64,000 bases of DNA. Origin: Candidatus Doudnabacteria bacterium (lineage in GTDB: Bacteria > Patescibacteriota > Doudnabacteria > UBA920). Both the position numbers and the translations under genes were made by a program. Numbering within the stretch: position 1 is the first letter of the stretch; every line of letters begins with the position of its first letter. Shown in pieces: positions 36,403-45,329 of this stretch. Location of the stretch: assembly GCA_963837465.1 (NCBI GenBank), contig CAWINB010000004.1, positions 522,853-586,852 on the forward strand, written 5' to 3'. The notes beneath the pieces were generated by a model, which made no database searches, was not told the DNA's origin, and saw only the letters and a list, made by a program, of their open reading frames with translations.

Positions 36403-37242
36403 TCATGGCTGTGAGGCTTTGTTTGTTAAAAAGCTTGCTGTATCAAAGCCGTCAGGAAATTGTAAAGTAATCTTTTTTATTTCCCTGCCGTCCAAAGAAA
36501 CAAACGGTTCATGTTCAATGACCTTACATTTGGATAAATCAATCCTATCTAAAACTTTTAAATTTCTGTTGTGGTCTAAACTGGCTTCGGGTTTTTTAAG
36601 TCCCCTTGAACAAAAATATCTTTTTCTAAATTTTTTATGCTTCTTGTCAAAATCTTTTCTGATATACTTGGCGACATAATTGGCTAAGTGGTCTAAATTT
36701 TTAATCTTCTTACCCACGACTGAACCTTGCGCCCAGAGCTTTTGGAAAGTCTTAAAAATATCCGTTATATGGGGCATATTCAAAAACACTGCGTGATAAT
36801 GCACTGACCCGCCGTCAGGTTTTATTTTGCCGTAAAAATCTACATCCTTTTGAAATTCCGGCACACAAATATAACAAAGTTTTTTACCTGTTTTTTTAAA
36901 ACAGTAATAATTAAAGCGTTTAATAAAATTTTTCCAAATGGGATGAGCGACATCAAAGCTGGTGGTGCTTTTGGCAAAGGTGAAAGTATAAAAATATGGG
37001 TTATGGGGCTTCTGCGTCTGCGAATTAAAGTATTGCCAGCCATTGCGTTTGAGTATTTTTCTAAGGCGACTTCTGGATTTGCTAATACACTCAGCAGGAT
37101 TTTTAATAACATCGTCATCAGCCAGCCTAGCCGTACGCCTTACTTTGCCCTTGGGGGTAAAATCAAAGCCAATGGGTTTATCAAATTCCAATAAATCCAT
37201 GTGCGAACCCTGAAAGATAATTTTAAGTTTGGTAGTTTTCAT
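36403..37242 (-). CDS. Rolling-circle replication initiator, Microviridae gpA/VP4-like (HUH superfamily I)
   Basis: 279 aa. Motif I FYTFTF, motif II SVHYHAVF (HUH), motif III ANYVAKYIRKD with two Tyr 4 residues apart, as in the phiX174 gpA active site. Confidence 0.6.
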   Translation of the reverse strand: MKTTKLKIIFQGSHMDLLEFDKPIGFDFTPKGKVRRTARLADDDVIKNPAECISKSRSRLRKILKRNGWQYFNSQTQKPHNPYFYTFTFAKSTTSFDVAHPIWKNFIKRFNYYCFKKTGKKLCYICVPEFQKDVDFYGKIKPDGGSVHYHAVFLNMPHITDIFKTFQKLWAQGSVVGKKIKNLDHLANYVAKYIRKDFDKKHKKFRKRYFCSRGLKKPEASLDHNRNLKVLDRIDLSKCKVIEHEPFVSLDGREIKKITLQFPDGFDTASFLTNKASQP

Positions 37243-37420
37243 ATCGCCCTATGTTTATCCAGTAACAAGTAATACCGGCGGCAGGTGCCAGCGTCCGCGC
37301 GTCTAAAGCCGCGCCGGCCGCAGGACACCTGCGCCGCCAAAAGGCCAAACTAAAAAAAGCCGACCTTTTAAGGCCAGCTTACTAAACTGCTATCCTGCTA
37401 AATTTAGCTGAATGTTAGTT

Positions 37421-38257
37421 TTAGTTTAAATACTTGGAATTTATCTGCATTTTGCCTTGTTTTTTAGAATAGTTAAAAATAAGAAAATCGCCAATGCCTG
37501 TTTCCTTTAAAATCTTATTTTGTATCTTTTCGCAGGCCGTGGTATAACTGGACAGTTTATATTCCTCATCCAGTATGCCCTCGGCTACTTCTGTATAAAA
37601 AAATTCGCTATGCAAATCGCCATAAGCAAAAATATACCGCATAATCCGATATTCGTTGGTAACACGCTTCTGGCCTTTAATGGGGACTACGGCTCCGTTG
37701 ATAAATAAATTGCCGGTATCTACATCAAAGCGAAGGCCTTTTTCTTTTGATTGCCTGACACCGTATTGGAGTTTGCCAAGCTCAAGAGTTAGGTAACGCT
37801 GGATTTTATTGATTTTGTGTGGCAAATTTTTTCTGAAATAGTAATTGTCCCGTTTGGGTTTGCCTGCCTGCAAATCCTTAATGCTTTTGACCATATCAAT
37901 TTGTGCAGGAAATAAATCCTCCTCGGGCGTATGCAGTCGGTAATCATTTAAGGCTTCTTTGGTAAAAGTCAGCTCGGTGAAATCCTCAGAAATATTGGTG
38001 TAGAGCTTCATATCCAAAATCAATTTCATCAAGTCATATTGCCTATCATTTAGGGCTTTGGGAATCCTGCGGCGGGTTTCCCATAAATCGTTATGTTCTT
38101 TTTCCACTAGCTCGTTTAAGACCGGGGAACTTTCCACAAAATTAACATATTTTTCAACATTTAAAACAAAATTAAAATCCACAGGCTTATTTATAACCGC
38201 TTCAAAATGTTGTTTCAATTCTGTTTCTAGTAGTTCTAATTTTTCCAAAGTAGGCAT
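37421..38257 (-). CDS. Hypothetical protein
   Basis: 278 aa, same strand as Rep and SR2. No recognisable motifs. Confidence 0.4.
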   Translation of the reverse strand: MPTLEKLELLETELKQHFEAVINKPVDFNFVLNVEKYVNFVESSPVLNELVEKEHNDLWETRRRIPKALNDRQYDLMKLILDMKLYTNISEDFTELTFTKEALNDYRLHTPEEDLFPAQIDMVKSIKDLQAGKPKRDNYYFRKNLPHKINKIQRYLTLELGKLQYGVRQSKEKGLRFDVDTGNLFINGAVVPIKGQKRVTNEYRIMRYIFAYGDLHSEFFYTEVAEGILDEEYKLSSYTTACEKIQNKILKETGIGDFLIFNYSKKQGKMQINSKYLN

Positions 38258-38610
38258 GGGTATATTATGCCTTATATACAGGGAAAATCAAATGGCTGAA
38301 TGTTCAATAAAACAGGGTTAATTTTATATACTTGGCTTAAATATAGTATATTTAAGTAGCTAATATTGACTTTTTCTATAAAAAGTGCTATAATGTATAT
38401 TCAAAACTAGAAATGGTTTTGAGAGCCAGTATTATCAAATGCCAATAGGCGTTTAATAATCGGCACGCACTTTGACAACTCAAGAGAAATTTTTAGCACC
38501 AAACTTTCACATTTTGTTTTTCCATTCCCTTTTGGCATTTTGCGGCAGAATTTTTTCTGCCATAGAGTCCCAAAAGGGAACAACGTGGCAACCCCACGTA
38601 GGAAAATCAA

Positions 38611-39240
38611 ATGACAAAGAATTTTTTCGACACGGAGTTTGCCACTGTCGTGCTCCCCGATGGCACGACCAAAGTAACGCCGATATCAATCGGCATCACA
38701 GATGAGAGCGGCCGCACTTACTACGCCGAGTTTGTCGGCGGGAGAGAAGCCGCCAACTCCTCTGAGTGGTTGCGAAACAACGTTTTGCCGCATTTGAAAA
38801 GCGGCACGGGGTTTCGGCAGGGAGACCCCCTGGAACTGAAAGGGTACATCATCGCTAACGCCGGATGGTTTGACGAAGGCTCCCCGGCCTTCGTTGAAAA
38901 ATCTCCCGAGACGATTGCTCGAGAAATCGAGCAGTTCTGTGGAGGAGAAATTCCGGAGTGGGTCGCCAGCTACGGGGCGTTTGACTTCGTGCTTTTATGC
39001 GGAGTCTGGGGCGGCATGATGAAAATGCCGAAAGATTGGCCGTGCCGCTTCACGGAAGCGGCGGGACTCGAATTGCCCCGTGTGGAGCGGGTGGGCGGGG
39101 AGCATAATGCTCTCAATGATGCATGCACGCTTCGAAAAGCGTGGATGCAAAAATACGCTCTACCGCCGGAAGTCAAACCCGTGGAAAAGAAGAAATGGTT
39201 TTCATTCTTCTCTCTCGGGCAAACTCGAGCGGCCGAGTAA
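38611..39240 (+). CDS. DEDDh-family 3'-5' exonuclease (DnaQ/RNase T-like)
   Basis: 209 aa. Exo I FFDTEF; Exo III GGEHNALNDACTL (H-x4-D). GC about 55%, clearly above background. SD AGGAAAA upstream. Two hairpins (38517-38580; ACGTGG-CAACC-CCACGT) just before the start. Confidence 0.6.
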   Translation: MTKNFFDTEFATVVLPDGTTKVTPISIGITDESGRTYYAEFVGGREAANSSEWLRNNVLPHLKSGTGFRQGDPLELKGYIIANAGWFDEGSPAFVEKSPETIAREIEQFCGGEIPEWVASYGAFDFVLLCGVWGGMMKMPKDWPCRFTEAAGLELPRVERVGGEHNALNDACTLRKAWMQKYALPPEVKPVEKKKWFSFFSLGQTRAAE

Positions 39241-39261
39241 GTTGCAAACATTTTCTCTTGT

Positions 39262-39312
39262 TTTGTCTTTCCCCGGAATACAGCACGCACAGCTGTTGTT
39301 CCGGGGATTTTT
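39262..39312 (+). terminator. Rho-independent terminator after exonuclease gene
   Basis: CCCCGGAATACAGCACGCACAGCTGTTGTTCCGGGG followed by ATTTTTTATTTTTTT. Confidence 0.5.
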
Positions 39313-39323
39313 TATTTTTTTAT

Positions 39324-40913
39324 CTAAATAATTGCTGAAATGACCTGTTCAAATTGTTTAAACTCGCTTATAATAAGGTTGTAATTCTGAAAACAGTAGT
39401 CCACCAAATTAAAACATTTAGGGTTTTCAGAGTAGGATTTACGGGCGGCACATAGTGCCGCCCATTGTGTTTGTGGGGTGAATTCAATTTTCCCATTCTG
39501 CAAAAACAGGTTCGAACCAAAGACTTTTACTGCAAAGGATTTCTTGTCTGCAAGGGAGGGGCTGGTTGCGATTTCGTTGAGGGTTTGTGCGGTTTTTGTA
39601 AATTCTTTGAGAGGTTCTAACCACGCTTTGTCCTTTTTTTCAAGACGGGCAATTTGCCCCTCCAAAGACTTCTTTTCGGACACTAAGTTGTTCTTGTCGG
39701 TACGGTAGTCCTGTCGTTCAATATCCTGGTCAAGGTACATATCTTTCAGTCTTAGGAGCTTGCGGTCAATGTCCTGTATTTTTAACCGCAAATCTTGAAC
39801 AAAAGTCGCGGTGATATTAGTAGATTCTTTTTCATCTTTATCAATCAATTCCAGCCATTGTTTTTCCCACTCTGGGGGCATGGCGTAGTTGGTAAGTAGC
39901 TTGGATAGCTGCCGTTCTAATTCCTCGGCCCTTATACAGGGCTGGGAGCACGGCTGTCTGCGTTTACCGCAGTGGTAATAGGTATAATAATGGGTATTGC
40001 CGTTTTTTTGGTGCTTGGTCTTGTTCTCAGCCGTAATCATACAATGGCATTCGGCGCAGCGCAACAAGCCGCAAAGAGGCTGGGGGGCAAAGACTTTTAC
40101 CCTGTTCTTGCTCCGCTGTTTTAAGATCTCCTGCACCTTGTCAAAAAGCTGCTTGGAAACCAGCGGCTCATGCTTGCCCGGGAAAAGTTCACCGCCATAG
40201 CGGAACAAGCCGCAGTAAAACGGATTGGCCAGAATGTAAGCGGCTTGGTCACGCTTTACGGCTCTGCCCCCAATACCATTTTTTACATTAGTTTTCTTGG
40301 TTTCAATACCATTGGCAAACAAAAACACCGAGATGTCTTCCAAAGAAAAACGGTTTTGCGAATAGCGTTCAAAGGCTTGTTTGATAATGGGAGCTTTATG
40401 TTTGTTTAGGATAATTGACTTATTTTTTAAGTCATTAAGGTAACCAAGGGGAGCCAAGCCCGGATATTCCCCACGTCTGGCTTTTTCATAAAGTCCACGT
40501 TTGGTATTCGTGCTTAAATCCCGAATATACTGGTTTGCAATCCCAAATTCTACGTTCATTAACATGACATTATCAGCCGAGCGGTAACTGCGGTCATGAG
40601 TTTGAATGTGCTGAATGATTCCTTCTTGGAGCAACCACTCTATTTGAGCGGCGTCTACGGGGTTACGGGCAAGTCGGTCCAGTTTCCAGCAAATAATGCC
40701 ATGGGCTTCGCCCTGCTCAATACGGCGGAGCATTTCGTTAAAGACAGGGCGTCCTGGGCGCTTGGCTGATTGTTTCTCCACAAACTCCTCGGATATATTT
40801 AGCCCTTCAGTTTTAGCCAAAGTCCTTAAAACGGCTAGTTGGTCTTCAATAGACCGAACCTGCTTGTCTTCAACGTCGGTGGATTTGCGGGCGTAGAGGA
40901 AATAGTTTGGCAT
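39324..40913 (-). CDS. Large serine recombinase (SR3), paralog of SR1
   Basis: The ORF runs to 41054 but the likely start is MPNYFLYARKSTDVEDKQVRSIEDQ. Alignable with SR1 along its whole length. The C-terminal coding region carries the variant hairpin GGGCGGCAC-ATA-GTGCCGCCC. Confidence 0.85.
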   Translation of the reverse strand: MPNYFLYARKSTDVEDKQVRSIEDQLAVLRTLAKTEGLNISEEFVEKQSAKRPGRPVFNEMLRRIEQGEAHGIICWKLDRLARNPVDAAQIEWLLQEGIIQHIQTHDRSYRSADNVMLMNVEFGIANQYIRDLSTNTKRGLYEKARRGEYPGLAPLGYLNDLKNKSIILNKHKAPIIKQAFERYSQNRFSLEDISVFLFANGIETKKTNVKNGIGGRAVKRDQAAYILANPFYCGLFRYGGELFPGKHEPLVSKQLFDKVQEILKQRSKNRVKVFAPQPLCGLLRCAECHCMITAENKTKHQKNGNTHYYTYYHCGKRRQPCSQPCIRAEELERQLSKLLTNYAMPPEWEKQWLELIDKDEKESTNITATFVQDLRLKIQDIDRKLLRLKDMYLDQDIERQDYRTDKNNLVSEKKSLEGQIARLEKKDKAWLEPLKEFTKTAQTLNEIATSPSLADKKSFAVKVFGSNLFLQNGKIEFTPQTQWAALCAARKSYSENPKCFNLVDYCFQNYNLIISEFKQFEQVISAII

Positions 40914-41144
40914 ATATTTTTGTTTAAAATTAAAGGGGCAACCCTGGCTGTCCAACTCCACCAAACAGTCGTCTGGCTTCGCTGGCAGGGTTGCCACCTT
41001 AAAAGCGAATATACAAAATAAAAGACTGTTGGTAAATATGGAATTGGACAGCAATAGTATTATATCACAATTTTGTGACTAGGAAAAAAGTGCTATAATT
41101 AAGGCAATAAAATCATTGTCTGTACTTATTTAACTTTAGGTAAA

Positions 41145-41786
41145 ATGAAAAAGAAGACCAGGCAGAAAAAAGTTGAAGTGCCAAAAAAATACCTTGATAA
41201 AAAGGGTACTTTTTGTGTTTATGATGTTTATGAAAAGAGCAAAAAAACAATTTACTATGTCCGTGGTAGCCAAGCTAAACAATTACCTCAAATAACATTA
41301 GATGGTTTTACAGATTTACCGTCAGGACTTTATCTATATAAAGAAGGTTATGGTTTCGGCAAAAAAGGGACTTTTCTGCTATCTGCGATAAGAAAGCATA
41401 TCATTAAATCCGATAAAGTATTTGAATTAATAGTTTCAAAAAATAAAAAGAAAGGTATAAAAAATAGCTCTGTCGGAACTTGCGTAACTTTACCATACGA
41501 TGACGTAAAACAGCTTCTGGCGAGGTTGGGTGGGATAAACGAACAAAATAATGATGAATTAAGGGAAGAAGTTGGTTCTTTTTTGAGCACAAAATTTCCG
41601 AAAAGAATCAACCTTTCATCCAAAAATTTTGATGAATATAAGGCCGGGGAAGTTTACTCAATGCTTTCAAAAAAGAAAGTTGCGCAAAAATTGAATGAGG
41701 ACGATTTGGATGCTCTGAACTGCTCTGATTATACCGTACCACTTCGACCGTTTTTGATGAGAGGTTTTAGAGCGGTCTTGGTGTAG
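41145..41786 (+). CDS. Hypothetical lysine-rich protein, 3' end replaced by IS3 terminus
   Basis: 213 aa. The last ~20 codons run into the IS3 inverted repeat that begins at 41734. Confidence 0.35.
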   Translation: MKKKTRQKKVEVPKKYLDKKGTFCVYDVYEKSKKTIYYVRGSQAKQLPQITLDGFTDLPSGLYLYKEGYGFGKKGTFLLSAIRKHIIKSDKVFELIVSKNKKKGIKNSSVGTCVTLPYDDVKQLLARLGGINEQNNDELREEVGSFLSTKFPKRINLSSKNFDEYKAGEVYSMLSKKKVAQKLNEDDLDALNCSDYTVPLRPFLMRGFRAVLV

Positions 41787-42690
41787 GCCATCGGCGGTTT
41801 GTAGCCGATGCTGCTGTGTAATCTTCTATAATTATAGTAGTTAATTTTCTTCTTTACAAACTTAATAACTTCGGTTAAATTGGTCAGCTCAGATATCTCG
41901 CTTTGCAGCTCAGTCTTAAACCTGCCAAAGAAAGATTCCTGTCCTGGATTGTCCGTTGGAGTGCCAGGCTTGGAAAAAGATATCTTGCCGTGTCCCAGTA
42001 TCGCTTCCACATAACTGTAACCGGTATACTGACTGCCCCTGTCCTGATGCCAAATCATTTTCTTAAATAATCTTTTTAACAGTTTGGGACAAGGTGGGAG
42101 TCGGCTGATAGTTTTTAAAGCGCTGCAAAACGAATTTAAGACTAAAGTTTCTTCCATGTTGTCATCAATATCGTATCCGTAAACTGCTTCCCCTAAGTTG
42201 TCCTTATGTACACACAAGTAAGCTTTTCCGGTTTTGAACTTCAACTCCGTAATATCCGAAGTAACGGCCTGCAAGGGTTTGGTGATATTAGCCTTTAAAA
42301 GTAAGTTGGCTTTATCTCCTAAAGCATTTAAAGTTTTTTGAATAAAAGTATCTTTATTCTTTTTAATATTTCTAGGTAGACTAAGGCCCCAAAGGTTGCT
42401 TAATTTAGCCACTTTATCTCGGCCAATAGTAATGCGCTTGTTATCGTTCAGCTCATAGTAAAGCCTTCTTATTCCATAACCAGAATTATCTTTTATGACT
42501 TTGACAAAGACTGCTTTTAAATGTTTATGGGCAATTTCAAACTTTTGGGTTTTATCACAGGCGTGGTAGTAAGTGTCCTTACTGATATTAAAGAGTTTAC
42601 AGATTTGATTAATCCCAATTCCATCCTGGCCGGCAAACTTGCGACAGTATTCGGCGATGCAAAGCTTGCTTACCCCTGACTGTCTAAAAA
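41729..42690 (-). CDS. IS3 transposase OrfB (rve DDE domain; expressed by -1 frameshift from OrfA)
   Basis: HQDRGSQYTG...KPGTPTDNPGQESFFGRFKTE...YYNYRRLHSSIGYKPP. The frame is open upstream to 42694 and overlaps the orfA end. Confidence 0.7.
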
Positions 42691-43064
42691 ATTTTTAAGT
42701 AAGTTAATTTCCACTTCCTTTTTTCCCAGTAAGGATTCCAGATCACGAATTTGTTGTTTTGCTTGCTCTGTAGTTTTATCTGCTTTGAGTTCAAAGATGC
42801 TGGGACCGTTGTCCAGGAAGTGCCTGCGCCAGGTGGAAATTTGGTTGGGAGCTAAGTTATGCTTCCTGGCCAGTGCTGTAACTTCCGATTGTTTAAAACT
42901 TTCCAGTACCAGGTTAAACTTAAATTGGGCTGAATGTTTAATCTTAGAATTTAATTTGCTGCTACGCTTGTAGACATATTTTTTTACATAATTCATAATG
43001 GTTTTAGCAGGGTTACAATTAATTGTATTTTACCCTCTAAAACCTCTCATGCATAGTGGTACGG
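41734..43064 (-). mobile_element. IS3-family insertion sequence
   Basis: Imperfect ~40-bp terminal inverted repeats CCGTACCACT...GAGAGGTTTTAGAG (41734-41775; reverse complement 43025-43064). orfA/orfB with a -1 frameshift at T TTT TTA. Confidence 0.75.
42670..42996 (-). CDS. IS3 transposase OrfA
   Basis: 108 aa; HTH plus leucine zipper. Confidence 0.75.
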   Translation of the reverse strand: MNYVKKYVYKRSSKLNSKIKHSAQFKFNLVLESFKQSEVTALARKHNLAPNQISTWRRHFLDNGPSIFELKADKTTEQAKQQIRDLESLLGKKEVEINLLKNFLDSQG

Positions 43065-43315
43065 GAAAGCCAGGACAGATCAAAGTTCAATGCTCGTCCT
43101 GCTGATATTGTATAAATTTTATGAATGGATTGAGCTAAAACTACCCAGCCTAAGGACATCGGACCCGTACATTCTTATTGTACTGCTCTTAATCCTTTTT
43201 CTGTATTCTTACAGGAAGCAAACACAATATATTACAAAAAGGATTAAGACAAATAATGGGCAATAATTTTTTTATTTTTGTTTCTCTTGCGTCTTGTGTT
43301 CTGCGCCCTGCGTCC

Positions 43316-43457
43316 CCCAAAAAATCTGCTGCACAAAAAATCTTTGGCTCGCACCTGTTTTTAAAAAATCAAAAAATTGTTTCCACCCCACAAACACAAT
43401 GGGCTGCGCTAAGCGCAGCCCTTGGGAAAGTTGGAAAAATTCCTTTGTGTAATATCT
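43316..43457 (+). repeat. Serine-recombinase 3'-end module, copy c (remnant)
   Basis: 142 bp. One mismatch against the reverse complement of 12484-12625. Encodes ...PKKSAAQKIFGSHLFLKNQKIVSTPQTQWAALSAALGKVGKIPLCNIL. Confidence 0.65.
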
Positions 43458-43968
43458 TGGTGAATTTTCTTAGTGAAGCTCACACCTATTATATCCAAAA
43501 CAGCTAACTTTGCCTACCCCATTACCCCCTGCAATACACCCTTGCCGAGGCCAAAACTTTAGCCTAAAATGGAAGCAACTGGTACTTTCCAGCTGTATGA
43601 ACAGCTGTATGAACATCATTCATACAGTTTGGCTGTTAAACCCCTTAATTCCATTACCTCTCACTACTCCAAATACCCCTGACTACTATATATCACCAGA
43701 TAATCTAACTGAACGACAAAATAGATAATACAAAAAGAGAAACTGACTACAAAAAACTATACTAAAAAATACCAATATACTAAACTAACTTAACTATACC
43801 CTAAAAAACAAAGAAACCCAAAGAACCAAAACACAGCAAATCCAAAGACTACAATTAAAATCTCAATCTAAAACCTAAAAAATACCAAAAACATCAAAAC
43901 CTAAAAATCAATACAAAAGTGGGGGTGGGGTTACCCGCCGAAAAAATCGGCGGGTCAGAGGGGGTGGA
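43458..43968 (+). repeat. 0.5-kb repeat family, copy 3
   Basis: Same boundary TGGTGAATTTTC and same 270-bp core as copy 1. Different AT-rich spacer. G-run box GTGGGGGTGGGG...CCCGCCG-AAAAAAT-CGGCGGG...AGAGGGGGTGGA. Confidence 0.7.
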
Positions 43969-44078
43969 AAAATTGCACACACGAATTTTTAACTTCTATT
44001 CCTATTCCAAACAACAGCCCGAAGGATTTTTAAGATAGATCCTAGAAATTTTTGTCTTGCATTTTTAAAAACCTACCT

Positions 44079-45329
44079 CTAATTAGTCGGCTGTTTTTGA
44101 TCGGCCTGATCCATTAGATTGTTTAATTTTACGAACGCCGCATCAGTATAGGCGTTGCGGATAAGCTTCATATTGGCCGCGCTGCCAAAAAGAACCAGTC
44201 CGCCGCCGTCCGTACCCATAGTCTGGGCAGTGAGGCCTGTGTTGCCATAAGCTGAACCGCCCAGCACGTTACCCAAAAGGTCGGTATTGGTAATGTCCGG
44301 CAAAGCCGTCAGCAGTTCCTGGTCAGTCGGGCTGCCGGAATGAATGCCATTGTCATCTGCCCAGCCGGTGATGTTGCCGTTTGCGTCTTTCATCATGGTA
44401 ACGGTATCGTAACTGCCGTCAGGATTTAACAGCGTGATAGTCGTGGCCGCGGTGGTGCTGGTCAAAGTATTGCCGCTTTGATCCTCAAGTTTAACGGTAC
44501 CGTTATTTTCCACGGTAATACTGTCGCCAGTCGGCTCGCTGGTGGTATCGTCAAGAATGTCATATGTAGTATCGCCGTCATCGTCAACTTGAACTACTGA
44601 ACGGGCTGGCTGGCCGCTGAAGTTAGCGCCCGCTACTATCGTCTGTCCCGCCTTATTCGTCCAATAAAAGTTGCCGCTACCCGGATTTGCGTTGAAAGCA
44701 CTCCCATCGCTAAATTGGACAGAAAAAGCTGTATTGCCTTGCAAGACTTGCATCAAAATAGACTGATACATAGCAGAACCCGGCGGGGCTATAAGGGTTT
44801 GGAGGCCTGCCGCAGCTATAAGGCTGCCAGATTGGGTACCGAATACGCCGTTGGCGGTAATCGAAATAGAATAGAGTCCGTAATTTACATTAACAGAACA
44901 ATTGTTGCAATTTTCCTCATAAGCACCGTACTCTATGGTGCTTAAAGTACCCGCATTAGAATTAGATGTTGTTGGGGTAAGGTCATAAATAAAACCATTA
45001 ACAGCAACACTAGTCTGGTTCAAAACACCAGTCGCGTTAGTGCTACTATTATTATTAGTACTAGTGACAATATTGCCGTTGAGCGTAAGGGTGCCGGTGT
45101 TATAGGTATTATCGCCATATAAAATTACAACAGCCTGTCCCCGCGAAACATAAGCATTAAATTGGGGGGCTGGCTGTCCGTTAATGGCACTGCTGAGATT
45201 AAGTGCTTGATTGAAAAGCGGAGTGAAAGAGCTTGTCATAAATACGGATAGCGGCTGAGTTTGGTAGGCTTGTTGGAGCTGGCTTAGGATGCTCAGATAA
45301 TTGAGCCGTTTGGTAAGCCGTACTTTCAT
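44079..45329 (-). CDS. Hypothetical secreted Asn/Thr/Gly-rich protein
   Basis: 416-aa ORF. Its 5' end overlaps the giant gene by 131 nt, so the real start is probably the internal Met near 45239. Confidence 0.45.
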   Translation of the reverse strand: MKVRLTKRLNYLSILSQLQQAYQTQPLSVFMTSSFTPLFNQALNLSSAINGQPAPQFNAYVSRGQAVVILYGDNTYNTGTLTLNGNIVTSTNNNSSTNATGVLNQTSVAVNGFIYDLTPTTSNSNAGTLSTIEYGAYEENCNNCSVNVNYGLYSISITANGVFGTQSGSLIAAAGLQTLIAPPGSAMYQSILMQVLQGNTAFSVQFSDGSAFNANPGSGNFYWTNKAGQTIVAGANFSGQPARSVVQVDDDGDTTYDILDDTTSEPTGDSITVENNGTVKLEDQSGNTLTSTTAATTITLLNPDGSYDTVTMMKDANGNITGWADDNGIHSGSPTDQELLTALPDITNTDLLGNVLGGSAYGNTGLTAQTMGTDGGGLVLFGSAANMKLIRNAYTDAAFVKLNNLMDQADQKQPTN

